The translations under genes and the position numbers were made by a program. The notes below the pieces were generated by a model. It saw only the letters and a list, made by a program, of their open reading frames with translations, was not told the origin of the DNA and did not search any database. Below, piece after piece: positions 1-9,648 of a DNA stretch of 64,000 nucleotides. The DNA comes from an uncultured Senegalimassilia sp. GTDB taxonomy: Bacteria > Actinomycetota > Coriobacteriia > Coriobacteriales > Eggerthellaceae. The stretch lies in NCBI RefSeq assembly GCF_902464545.1, contig NZ_CABQJR010000011.1:3001-67000 (forward strand), given 5' to 3'. The stretch's first letter is position 1. Every line of letters starts with the position of its first letter.

Positions 1-88
1 ACAACGGGCGATTGTGGCGGCGGGTATGATGGGCGCCGCATTCATCGTGCTCACGCTCATCGGCATCCTGTTTTTGCGCGAATCCTAG
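1..88 (+). CDS. 3' end of an upstream membrane-protein gene (partial, start outside window)
   Basis: Frame 2 is open from the window edge (...QRAIVAAGMMGAAFIVLTLIGILFLRES*) to TAG at 86-88. The tail is hydrophobic and helix-like. 28 aa is too short for a family call. Confidence 0.3.
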   Translation, partial: QRAIVAAGMMGAAFIVLTLIGILFLRES

Positions 89-191
89 TATTTGTTACTG
101 CTATCCAACCATTTTTTGGAAATATCGCACCGTTTATCGAATGGGGCCGCATCAGATTACGGTTCGGGTACAATCAATGATGAAATCACGT

Positions 192-288
192 GGAGATGGA
201 TGGGTCCTGGTGGGCCCCGCGGCCTTCAAAGCCGTTGTGAGGCGCGCAGAACGTCTCGGGTGTGTTCGATTCGCACGTGTCTCCGCCA
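192..288 (+). tRNA. selC: tRNA-Sec (anticodon UCA), selenocysteine tRNA
   Basis: 97-nt cloverleaf folded by eye. Acceptor GGAGATG/TGTCTCC, discriminator G and encoded CCA. 6-bp D stem GGGTCC/GGGCCC with a 4-nt loop, a bacterial tRNA-Sec hallmark. Anticodon stem GCGGC/GCCGT with loop CTTCAAA (TCA at 226-228). Long variable arm GAGGCG/CGTCTC. T arm GTGTG-TTCGATT-CGCAC. Lies beside selB/selA. Confidence 0.9.
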
Positions 289-299
289 TATAAGACGCA

Positions 300-326
300 A
301 AAGGAGCCCTTTGGGGCTTCTTTTTA
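300..326 (+). terminator. rho-independent terminator after tRNA-Sec
   Basis: Stem AAAGGAGCCC / GGGCTTCTTT with a 4-nt loop TTTG, running into a T tract (cttctttttat). Confidence 0.6.
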
Positions 327-403
327 TATGTACTGGTTTTACTTGAGGAGCATTGCGGGTTTATGTGTTGCATAGCCTGTTCCCCTTCGGGCTTGAAAAC
401 GGC

Positions 404-440
404 AACGCCTCCCTTCCATGCTATAGGGAAGGGAGGCGTT
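404..440 (-). terminator. intrinsic terminator downstream of selB (bidirectional hairpin)
   Basis: Perfect 14-bp stem AACGCCTCCCTTCC / GGAAGGGAGGCGTT with a 9-nt loop. On the minus strand it is followed by GCCGTTTTC, on the plus strand by TTG. Lies about 95 nt past the selB stop. Confidence 0.6.
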
Positions 441-534
441 TTGCGTATGTCTACCCTGTGCTCGAGTAGAGGGTAGGCTTGGCGACGGGTGGCCGCCGAA
501 TCGGTTTGCTGCGACCCTGATGGGCGCCTTCGGC

Positions 535-2469
<1,935 letters not shown>

Positions 2470-2475
2470 GGCGCG

Positions 2476-3939
2476 CTACGACTCCTTTCGCCCTTCGATG
2501 GCCGCGAAATAGCCGGCTACGGCACAGGCGATCTCGGGGATATCCTCTTCGGTGATGGTGCGCGCGTCGAACAGCACGCATTCGCGCTTGATGCGCGCGA
2601 TCACGGGTACGTCGCGGTTGCGCTGCAGATGCTCCTCGCAGCCCTGCGCGTCGCCGGCCTCGAAGCGCATGCGCACGCAGAACGTGGGGATGTCGCACAT
2701 GGGAAGCGACCCTCCGCCTGCACGCCCCGTCTCCTCCACGATCTCCAGCTGCGCCTGCTTGGGCGTCACGCGCTTGGCCAAGGCCTCCATCAATGCTTCG
2801 GCACGTTCGCGAACCGTTTCGGCATCTTCGGTGAGCATGCGCAGCGTGGGGATGCGGGCAAGCGCATCCTCGGGGTCCAGATACAGGCGCAGCGTGGCCT
2901 CCAAGGCGGCGAGCGTCATCTTGTCCAGGCGCAGCGCGCGGGCCAGCGGATGCTTCTTCAGGCGGTCGATGTAGTCCTTGCGGCCCACCACGATGCCGGC
3001 CTGTGGCCCGCCGAGCAGCTTATCGCCCGAGAAGCTGACCAGGTCGCATCCCTCGGCAAGCGATTCGCGCACCGTGGGCTCGGCGTATTCACCGAACACG
3101 TCCAGGTGCATGAACGCGCCCGAGCCCTGGTCCTCGTAGACGAGCACTTCGGGCCAGGCGGCGCCCGCAGCGCCGCGGCGGGCGTTTTCCGCATCGGCGA
3201 TGCGGCGCAGGTCGGTCTTCGAGACGCTTTCAGTGAACCCGATCATGCGGTAGTTGGAGGGGTGCACCTTGAGCAGCATGGCCGTGTCGGGCGTGATGGC
3301 GCGTTCGTAATCGAAGGCGTGCGTCTTGTTCGTGGCGCCCACCTCCACCATGCGGGCGTTTGACTGGGCCATGATGTCGGGGACGCGGAAGCTGCCGCCG
3401 ATCTCGACGAGCTCGCCTCGGCTGACGATGGCCTCGTGGCCGGCAGCGAACTCGGCGAGCACCATCATGACGGCTGCCGCGTTGTTGTTCACGGCGATGG
3501 CCGCCTCTGCGCCGGTGAGCGCGCAGATCAGATGCTCCACGTGATCATGACGGCTGCCGCGCGCCATGATCTCGATGCTGTATTCCAGCGTGGAGTAGCC
3601 GCGCGCCGCCTCCACCACCGCCTGCACGGCGGGCTCTGCCAGCACGCTGCGGCCGAGGTTGGTGTGGATGACCACGCCGGTCGCGTTGATGACGCGCCTG
3701 AGGCTTGGGCGCAGCGTTGCGAGCGCGCCGTTGACGGCATCGGTCAAGATGGCCTCGCCATCGACTGCATCCGCCTCGCCCGCCAAGATGAGCCGACGTT
3801 GCGCATCCACGGCCGCGCGGGCGCGGTCGACGAGCATGGAGCGGGGGACGATGGCTTCGAGCGCCTTCATGGGTGCGGCTTGCATCAGCTCTTCGACCTG
3901 GGGCAATGCGCGTAACAGATCGGTACGTGGTTCGGGCAT
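2476..3939 (-). CDS. selA: L-seryl-tRNA(Sec) selenium transferase SelA
   Basis: Frame of ORF 2476-4041. Start placed at ATG 3939 (MPEPRTDLLRALPQVEEL...), preceded by AAGAGGA. PLP-lysine motif FSGDKLLGGPQAG is typical of SelA. Confidence 0.92.
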   Translation of the reverse strand: MPEPRTDLLRALPQVEELMQAAPMKALEAIVPRSMLVDRARAAVDAQRRLILAGEADAVDGEAILTDAVNGALATLRPSLRRVINATGVVIHTNLGRSVLAEPAVQAVVEAARGYSTLEYSIEIMARGSRHDHVEHLICALTGAEAAIAVNNNAAAVMMVLAEFAAGHEAIVSRGELVEIGGSFRVPDIMAQSNARMVEVGATNKTHAFDYERAITPDTAMLLKVHPSNYRMIGFTESVSKTDLRRIADAENARRGAAGAAWPEVLVYEDQGSGAFMHLDVFGEYAEPTVRESLAEGCDLVSFSGDKLLGGPQAGIVVGRKDYIDRLKKHPLARALRLDKMTLAALEATLRLYLDPEDALARIPTLRMLTEDAETVRERAEALMEALAKRVTPKQAQLEIVEETGRAGGGSLPMCDIPTFCVRMRFEAGDAQGCEEHLQRNRDVPVIARIKRECVLFDARTITEEDIPEIACAVAGYFAAIEGRKES

Positions 3940-4192
3940 GGGTCCTCTTTCCCTATAGCGTGCGGCGGCGCCCCGCATGCGGGGCGCCGCGGGTTTTCCG
4001 TAGCTCAATATAGCAGTCATGGCATATGCGGCCCCGGGCAAGGCGGCGAGTGCGCCAAATGTCCGGCAAATGTTATCGCAGGCGGGTCAATTCGCGCCGT
4101 TCACGCCAACGCGGGCGTTTCACGCGTGCAGCCATGCAAAAATTACCGTGTTTTTCCAAAAGACGAGAGATCGCGAACAGGGGGAGGTTTCC

Positions 4193-5035
4193 ATGGCAAT
4201 GGATCAATCGGATGTGAAGGCGCTGCGACCCGATGCGCTCGGCCCCGCCGAGATCGAGGCGAAGGCCGAGACGCTGGCCGAGGGCAAGGCCGGCATGGCG
4301 GGCGCGAAGTGCTTCGTGCTGGCGATGCTCGCCGGTGCGTTCATCGCGTTCGGCGCAACGTATTTCCTGGTGTTCCTGGGCGACTCGGCCGTGCCGTTCG
4401 CCGCTCAGCGCATGGTCGGCGGCATCTGCTTCAGCCTGGGCCTGGTGCTTGTGCTGTGCTGCGGCGCCGAGCTGTTCACCGGCAACATGCTCATGGTCAC
4501 GGGCTTGGCTTCGGGCAAGATCAAACTTGGCGGCCTGGTGCGCAACTGGGTCATCGTGTGGCTGGGCAACCTGGTCGGGTCGCTGATCGTGGTGGCGCTC
4601 ATCTACTGGTGCGGCGTCGGCTCGATGAACGGCGGCGCCGTGGGCGACGCCATGGTGTCGGTGGCCGTCGGCAAGGTCACCCCCGATTGGCTCGTGCTCA
4701 TGGCCAAGGGCATCATGTGCAACGTCATGGTGTGCCTGGCGGTGTGGATCGGCTTTTCCGCGCGCACCGTGGTGGACAAGGTGCTCGGCATCATGCTCCC
4801 CATCAGCTTCTTCGTGGCAGCCGGCTTCGAGCACTGCGTGGCGAACATGTTCTTTTTGCCTACGGGCCTGCTCATGAAGTCCGCCGGGTTCGGCGCTGCG
4901 GTCGCCAATGCCGGCGCGCTTGATGTCACGGCCATCCTGTACAACCTTTCGGCCGCCACGGTCGGCAACATCATCGGCGGCGTCCTGGTCGGTCTGGCCT
5001 ACTGGTTCGCGTATGCCAGGAAGAGCGCGAAGTAG
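4193..5035 (+). CDS. formate/nitrite transporter (FNT) family anion channel, substrate unassigned
   Basis: Frame of ORF 4019-5035. Start placed at ATG 4193 (MAMDQSD...) behind GGGGAGG. FNT signatures GAELFTGN and GFEHCVANMF, with multiple TM helices. Confidence 0.85.
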   Translation: MAMDQSDVKALRPDALGPAEIEAKAETLAEGKAGMAGAKCFVLAMLAGAFIAFGATYFLVFLGDSAVPFAAQRMVGGICFSLGLVLVLCCGAELFTGNMLMVTGLASGKIKLGGLVRNWVIVWLGNLVGSLIVVALIYWCGVGSMNGGAVGDAMVSVAVGKVTPDWLVLMAKGIMCNVMVCLAVWIGFSARTVVDKVLGIMLPISFFVAAGFEHCVANMFFLPTGLLMKSAGFGAAVANAGALDVTAILYNLSAATVGNIIGGVLVGLAYWFAYARKSAK

Positions 5036-5071
5036 CGCGAAGCCCGGTGTTCCGGCCCAAACGATTTTGCG

Positions 5072-5108
5072 AACGGCACTTGCGGATTGCAGGTGCCGTT
5101 TTCTTTTT
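5072..5108 (+). terminator. rho-independent terminator after the FNT gene
   Basis: Stem AACGGCACTTGC / GCAGGTGCCGTT followed by TTTTCTTTTT. Confidence 0.65.
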
Positions 5109-5193
5109 GCGCGGCGGCGCGGTTGGGCGGCGGTGCTATAGTCGGTTAAAAGACGCGCCGTTTTCTGCCATCGGGCGCGCTGGATTCTGCACG

Positions 5194-5234
5194 CGCAAGC
5201 ATGCTTGCGTCACTTGCGCATATCCTTTTGCGCA
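5194..5234. promoter_or_regulatory. candidate operator: perfect 16-bp palindrome plus two TTGCGCA direct repeats
   Basis: CGCAAGCATGCTTGCG (5194-5209) is its own reverse complement. TTGCGCA recurs at 5214-5220 and 5228-5234 (14-bp spacing). Lies 37-77 bp upstream of the ATG at 5271. Confidence 0.3.
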
Positions 5235-5270
5235 CGCATCATCACAGACGAGAAACGAATAGAGGCTTCC

Positions 5271-6449
5271 ATGTTCGAACCCGCAAACGAACCGGCGGTG
5301 CCCGTCGACCTGCCCGGCATCTACGATACCTTCGACGAGGCGCGCCGCGCCAGCTTCGTCAACGCCATGAACTACAAGCAGGAGGGCGGCAACCTGTGCG
5401 GTTACCTGTGCTCGTACAGCCCGCTTGAGCTGGTGGACGCCGCGGGCGCCGGCGCGGTGGGCCTGTGCGGCATGAACAACGAGACCATCCCCGATGCCGA
5501 GACGGTGCTGCCCAAAAACCTCTGCCCGCTCATCAAGGGCACGTACGGCTTCGCGCTCACCGACAAATGCCCTTTCACCTACTTCAGCGACATAATCTTG
5601 GGCGAGACCACGTGCGACGGCAAGAAGAAGATGTACGAGCTGCTCGCCGACATCAAGCCGGTGCACGTCATGCAGCTGCCCCAGGCGCGTAACCGCAGCT
5701 ACGCCGGCGATATCTGGTATGAGGAATGCAAGCTGCTCAAAGAGGAGCTCGAGCAGCGCTTCGACGTCCAGATCACTGACGAGGCCCTGCGCGAGGCGGT
5801 CTGCAAGCGCAACCGCGTCCGCCGCGCCATGATGGATCTGTACAACCTGCAGCAAAACGAGCCCCCCGCGATGAGCGGCGTGGAGCTTATGGCCACCTTG
5901 CTGCGCGCCACGTTCGGCTTTGATGTGGATTCCTATGCTCAAACCCTTGAGGACCTGGCGCAGAAGCGCCGCAGCGCCTACGAGGCGGGGGAGCGTCCGG
6001 TGCCCGCAAGCGCCAAGCGCATCATGATCACGGGCTGCCCCACGGGCGGCGTCATCCAGAAGGTGGGCATGACCGCCGAGCGTGCCGGCGGCGTGATCGT
6101 CTGCATCGACGACTGCTCCGGCGAGCGCACGCAGGGCATGCTCGTCGACGAGGACGCGCCCGATATCCTGCGCGCCATCTCCGATCGTTATCTGCAGATC
6201 AATTGCTCGGTCATGTCGCCCAACGAGGGCCGAGTCGAGCATATGATGGACATGGTGGGGAAATACAAGGTGGATGGCGTCGTTGAGGTGGTGTTGCAAG
6301 CTTGCCACACCTTCAACATCGAGGCGGTGCGCGTGCAGCGCGCCTGCGAGCAGGCCGGCGTGCCTTACATGAAGCTTGAAACCGATTACTCCACCAACGA
6401 TGCCGGCCAGGTGGAAACCCGCCTGGGCGCGTTCATCGAGATGCTGTAG
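5271..6449 (+). CDS. HgdB/BcrC/BadD-family Fe-S protein (2-hydroxyacyl-CoA dehydratase D-component fold), single-subunit, double-cubane-cluster reductase (DCCP/YjiM)-like
   Basis: Frame of ORF 5205-6449, start ATG 5271 (MFEPANEP...). Conserved Cys contexts [36 protein letters not shown] and LQACHTF are typical of the HGD-D family. Only one such subunit is present, with no HgdA/HgdB pair and no CoA-transferase gene. Confidence 0.8.
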   Translation: MFEPANEPAVPVDLPGIYDTFDEARRASFVNAMNYKQEGGNLCGYLCSYSPLELVDAAGAGAVGLCGMNNETIPDAETVLPKNLCPLIKGTYGFALTDKCPFTYFSDIILGETTCDGKKKMYELLADIKPVHVMQLPQARNRSYAGDIWYEECKLLKEELEQRFDVQITDEALREAVCKRNRVRRAMMDLYNLQQNEPPAMSGVELMATLLRATFGFDVDSYAQTLEDLAQKRRSAYEAGERPVPASAKRIMITGCPTGGVIQKVGMTAERAGGVIVCIDDCSGERTQGMLVDEDAPDILRAISDRYLQINCSVMSPNEGRVEHMMDMVGKYKVDGVVEVVLQACHTFNIEAVRVQRACEQAGVPYMKLETDYSTNDAGQVETRLGAFIEML

Positions 6450-6497
6450 CCGATCGTTTATGCACATGCGGCGCTGCGCCGCGGAAAGGAAACGCTC

Positions 6498-7097
6498 ATG
6501 GAGAAGCTCGATTGCAAGGGGCAGGCGTGCCCGTTGCCCGTGGTGAACGCGAAGAAGGCCCTTGCCGGCATGGGCGAGGGCGCCCTTGAGGTGGTGGTGG
6601 ACAACAAGACCGCTATGCACAACCTGGAAAACCTGGGCAAGTCGCTCAAGATCGAAACCGCCTCCGAGCAGCGCGGCGAAGCGGAGTTCGCGGTGACCTT
6701 CACGAAGGGCGCTCAGGCTGCCGCCGAGACATGCGAGGAGTGCCAGCCGCTCGTGCCGGCGGGGCAGAAGGTGGTCGTGTTGTCCAGCGAGCTGATGGGC
6801 TCGGGCGACGACGAGCTGGGCGCCACGCTCATGAAGGCGTTCGTGTTCGCGCTCACCCAGCAAGACGAGCTGCCGGCGGCCATCCTGGCCTACAACGGCG
6901 GCGTGCATCTGACCGTCGAGGGCAGCCCTGTGCTCGAGGACCTGAAAAAGCTCGCCGAAGCCGGCGTGGAGATCTTCAGCTGCGGAACCTGCCTCAACCA
7001 TTTCGGGATTGCCGACAAGCTTGCGGTGGGCGAGGTGACCAACATGTACGTCATCGTCCAGAAGCAGCTTGAGGCCGGCGTCGTCGTACGCCCCTAG
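6498..7097 (+). CDS. yedF: selenium metabolism protein YedF (TusA/SirA-like N-domain plus DsrE-like C-domain)
   Basis: 199 aa. N-terminus MEKLDCKGQACPLPVV carries the TusA-type CPxP motif. The C-terminal half (...FSCGTCLNHFG...) is as in the ~200-aa YedF family found next to selD. RBS GAAAGGA. Confidence 0.85.
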   Translation: MEKLDCKGQACPLPVVNAKKALAGMGEGALEVVVDNKTAMHNLENLGKSLKIETASEQRGEAEFAVTFTKGAQAAAETCEECQPLVPAGQKVVVLSSELMGSGDDELGATLMKAFVFALTQQDELPAAILAYNGGVHLTVEGSPVLEDLKKLAEAGVEIFSCGTCLNHFGIADKLAVGEVTNMYVIVQKQLEAGVVVRP

Positions 7098-7115
7098 CCG
7101 TTGGCGGTATGTAAG

Positions 7116-7358
7116 ATGCAGCGATGCAAAACGCCGCATGCGGTGGTGACGTTTCATAGCACGGCCGACGCGATGGCCGTGCAGGCCGCCGCGGCCGGCG
7201 GCGGCCTGCCGGGGCGGGTTATCCCGGTGCCCTCCGAGATCTCCGCGGGCTGCGGCCTGGCCTGGAGCGTTCCCGCCGAGCAGCGCGAAACGCTCGAGGA
7301 AGCGCTCGCGCACCGGGGGCTTGCCTTCGAGGACATCACCGTTGTGGATCTGTACTGA
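7116..7358 (+). CDS. DUF3343 (putative Se/S carrier protein-like) small protein
   Basis: Frame of ORF 7101-7358 (TTG); ATG at 7116 preferred. ~80 aa with the pattern FHSTADAMAV...VIPVPSEISAGCGLAW, typical of DUF3343 (single conserved Cys in xCGxA). Confidence 0.75.
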   Translation: MQRCKTPHAVVTFHSTADAMAVQAAAAGGGLPGRVIPVPSEISAGCGLAWSVPAEQRETLEEALAHRGLAFEDITVVDLY

Positions 7359-7467
7359 ACGCAAGGGGAGCCGTCGTCCGACGGCTCCCCTTGTTTTGCG
7401 TATGGCTTATTGCGACCATGGATGGCAACGGTTCGGCCGGTGCCCTGCGATGCGCCGGTCTGCGCGC

Positions 7468-8559
7468 TTACCAGTTCACGAAGATCTTGCCTGCCGGCCC
7501 GGCTTCGAAGGCTCCGATGCGGGAGGGTTTGCGTCCCTGGCGCTGCTCGCACTCCGCCTCGAAGCGGCTTGCGTTTTCCGGCGGGATGGCCACGAGCAAG
7601 CCGCCGGAGGTCTGCGGGTCGCACAGCACGCCCATGCGGTCGTCGAACTCGAAGTCGTCGATTTCGCCCTGCTCCACGAACGAGCTTGCCCAGTCGATGA
7701 TGCCGAACGTCTTGCCGGGGCGGCAGTAGTCGCACGACAGCTCGTAGACACCGTCGAACAGGGGCAATGCGTCCCAGTCCAGCCGCGCCGCGCATCCGGA
7801 CGCGTCGAGCATCTCGTGCAGATGCCCGGCAAGGCCGAAGCCGGTGACGTCGGTGCAGGCATGCACATCGCATTGCAGCATGGCCTCGGCGGCGGCGCGG
7901 TTGAGCTCCATCATGCCGTCGATGACCGGGCGAAGGTCCTCGTCGCTGCGCAGCTTCGCCCGCAGCGCGGCGTTCATGATGCCCGTGCCGAGCGTTTTCG
8001 TGTAGTACAGCGCATCCCCCGGCAGCGCCCCGCCGTTTCGTACCATGCGCTCAGGGTGCACCAGGCCGAACACGGAAAGGCCGTATTTGGGCTCGTCGTC
8101 TTCGATGGAATGGCCGCCCACCACGAACGCCCCGGCCTCGCGCACCTTGTCCGCGCCGCCGCGCAGCACGTCTCCCACCACATCGGTGCCCATGCAGCTG
8201 GGGAAGGCCAGGATGTTGAGCGCCGTGACGGGCCTGCCGCCCATCGCGAACACGTCGGACAGGGCGTTTGCCGCGGCCACGGCGCCGAACTCGTACGGGT
8301 CGTCGACCACGGGCGTGAAGAAGTCAAGCGTCAGCACGGCGGCGTTGTTTTCGTCCACCTGCCAAACCGCCGCGTCGTCTGCGGTGTCGAAGCCAAGCAA
8401 CAGGTTCGGGTCTGGCACGGCTGGCGCGATATCGCGCAGAATCTCGGAGAGGTCTCCCGGACCCCATTTAGCCGCTCAACCGCCTTTATCGGTGAGCGTG
8501 GTCAGGCGAATGCGATCGCCGTCGCACATGGCGCCGCTCGCGGGGTTGTCCGTGCTCAT
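7468..8559 (-). CDS. selD: selenide, water dikinase (selenophosphate synthetase) SelD, selenocysteine-containing; in-frame UGA at 8476-8478 = codon 28
   Basis: ORF track stops at 8418. Reading the same frame upstream gives ATG 8559: MSTDNPASGAMCDGDRIRLTTLTDKGG-U-AAKWGPGDLSEILRDIAPAVPDPNLL... The TGA sits where E. coli SelD has the catalytic Cys of the G-x-G-C/U-x-x-K loop. The rest of the protein is an AIR-synthase-like SelD body. Confidence 0.9.
8449..8465 (-). promoter_or_regulatory. candidate SECIS hairpin for the selD UGA
   Basis: On the mRNA the stem GGGGUC / GACCUC (6 bp including one G-U) with loop CGGGA begins 11 nt after the UGA. This spacing fits bacterial SECIS elements. The stem is short and not validated. 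Confidence 0.35.
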
Positions 8560-8706
8560 GCGCGGTCCTTTCTTATGGGGTCGGGTCGGTATCATTGCCA
8601 GTATAGTATAGTCGCAAGTAGGTATGCATCTTTTTGCATCAGGCGCGAAAGCGTTTGATAGGGTGCGGTTTCATGGGCTTGCAACGAAAGGCAGGGAGCA
8701 TCGGGT

Positions 8707-9474
8707 ATGGCGGGCATCGGCATCGACATCGGTTCCACGGCTACGAAGGCCGTCGTGACGGATTCTTCGGGCGCCATCGCGTTCAAGCTGGTCATCCCCA
8801 CCGGCTTTTCAAGCGTCGAGGTTGCCGAACAGGTGCGCAGCGCGCTTGCCTGCGAGGGGTTCGATGCGGGCGGGATGCCGGTGGTGGCCACAGGGTACGG
8901 CCGTGTGGCCGTGCCGTACGCGGACAAGGTGGTCACCGAGATTACCTGCCACGCCCGCGGCGCCTCGGCGCTGTTTCGCGAAGACGGCACCGTCATCGAT
9001 ATCGGCGGGCAGGATACCAAGGCCATCGGCCTTGCTGGCGGCAAGGTGCGCAAGTTCGTCATGAACGACAAATGCTCTGCGGGCACCGGGCGCTTCTTGG
9101 AGATCATGGCCGACCGTTTGGGCGTCAGCCAAGCCGAGCTCGCGCGCTTGGCGGCCGCCGGGCAGCCCACCGTCATCTCCAACATGTGCACCGTGTTCGC
9201 CGAATCCGAGGTCATCTCCTTGGTGGGCAAGGGCGAGCCGCGCGAGAACATCGCCCGCGGGGTCATCGATTCGGTCGTGGCGCGCGTGTGCACGCTCGTG
9301 GGGCAGGTTCCCGCGGCGCGATATCACCTTACCGGCGGGTTGTGCGACAACGATTACGTCCGCGCGCGTTTGGAGGCCGAGCTGGGCGCGCCGGTGGGTT
9401 CTTGCCCCGATGCGCGTTTCGCGGGAGCCTTGGGCGCGGCCGTCATCGCAGCCGAGATAGAGGCTGCGGAATAG
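8707..9474 (+). CDS. HgdC/BcrA/BadF-type ATPase, activator (archerase) of 2-hydroxyacyl-CoA dehydratase/DCCP-type enzymes
   Basis: 255 aa. GIDIGSTATK (ASKHA phosphate-1), DIGGQDTK, and NDKCSAGTGRFLE plus CTVFAESEVIS (cluster-bridging Cys motifs) are collinear with HgdC as I recall it. Divergent from selD. Confidence 0.85.
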   Translation: MAGIGIDIGSTATKAVVTDSSGAIAFKLVIPTGFSSVEVAEQVRSALACEGFDAGGMPVVATGYGRVAVPYADKVVTEITCHARGASALFREDGTVIDIGGQDTKAIGLAGGKVRKFVMNDKCSAGTGRFLEIMADRLGVSQAELARLAAAGQPTVISNMCTVFAESEVISLVGKGEPRENIARGVIDSVVARVCTLVGQVPAARYHLTGGLCDNDYVRARLEAELGAPVGSCPDARFAGALGAAVIAAEIEAAE

Positions 9475-9509
9475 CGGTTTGCGCCTTCGCCGCCATTGTC
9501 TTTGCGGAT

Positions 9510-9543
9510 GGGCCGTTCGGCTTTCTCCATACGGCCCGCTTTT
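9510..9543 (+). terminator. putative terminator after the activase gene
   Basis: GGGCCGT / ACGGCCC stem with a 14-nt loop, followed by GCTTTT. Confidence 0.5.
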
Positions 9544-9648
9544 CGCCGCTTTGAGGGCATATCTTCCCTTCATCTATTCCCCGTACGCATTCACGGTGCC
9601 GGTGAAAATCGGTGACCGTCATCATCTTCGAACGATTGGGTACAAGCC

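Noticed and set aside
3940-4041. ORF-track 5' extensions of real genes: selA to 4041, FNT from 4019, thiI from 27292, lepA from 34690, pyrF from 24603, ybeY from 44345, era from 45206, PASTA gene from 46389, dapA from 53315, rpsT to 33966
   Set aside because: The extensions overlap upstream genes, terminators or structured spacers and lack an RBS. In each case an internal ATG/GTG with a Shine-Dalgarno sequence gives the canonical family N-terminus.
5136-7364. 742-aa minus-strand ORF spanning the reductase, yedF and DUF3343 genes
   Set aside because: It is antisense to three plus-strand genes that have clear family motifs and RBSs. Its translation is Arg/Ala/Gly/His-rich with no recognisable motif, which is typical of a shadow ORF in GC-rich DNA.
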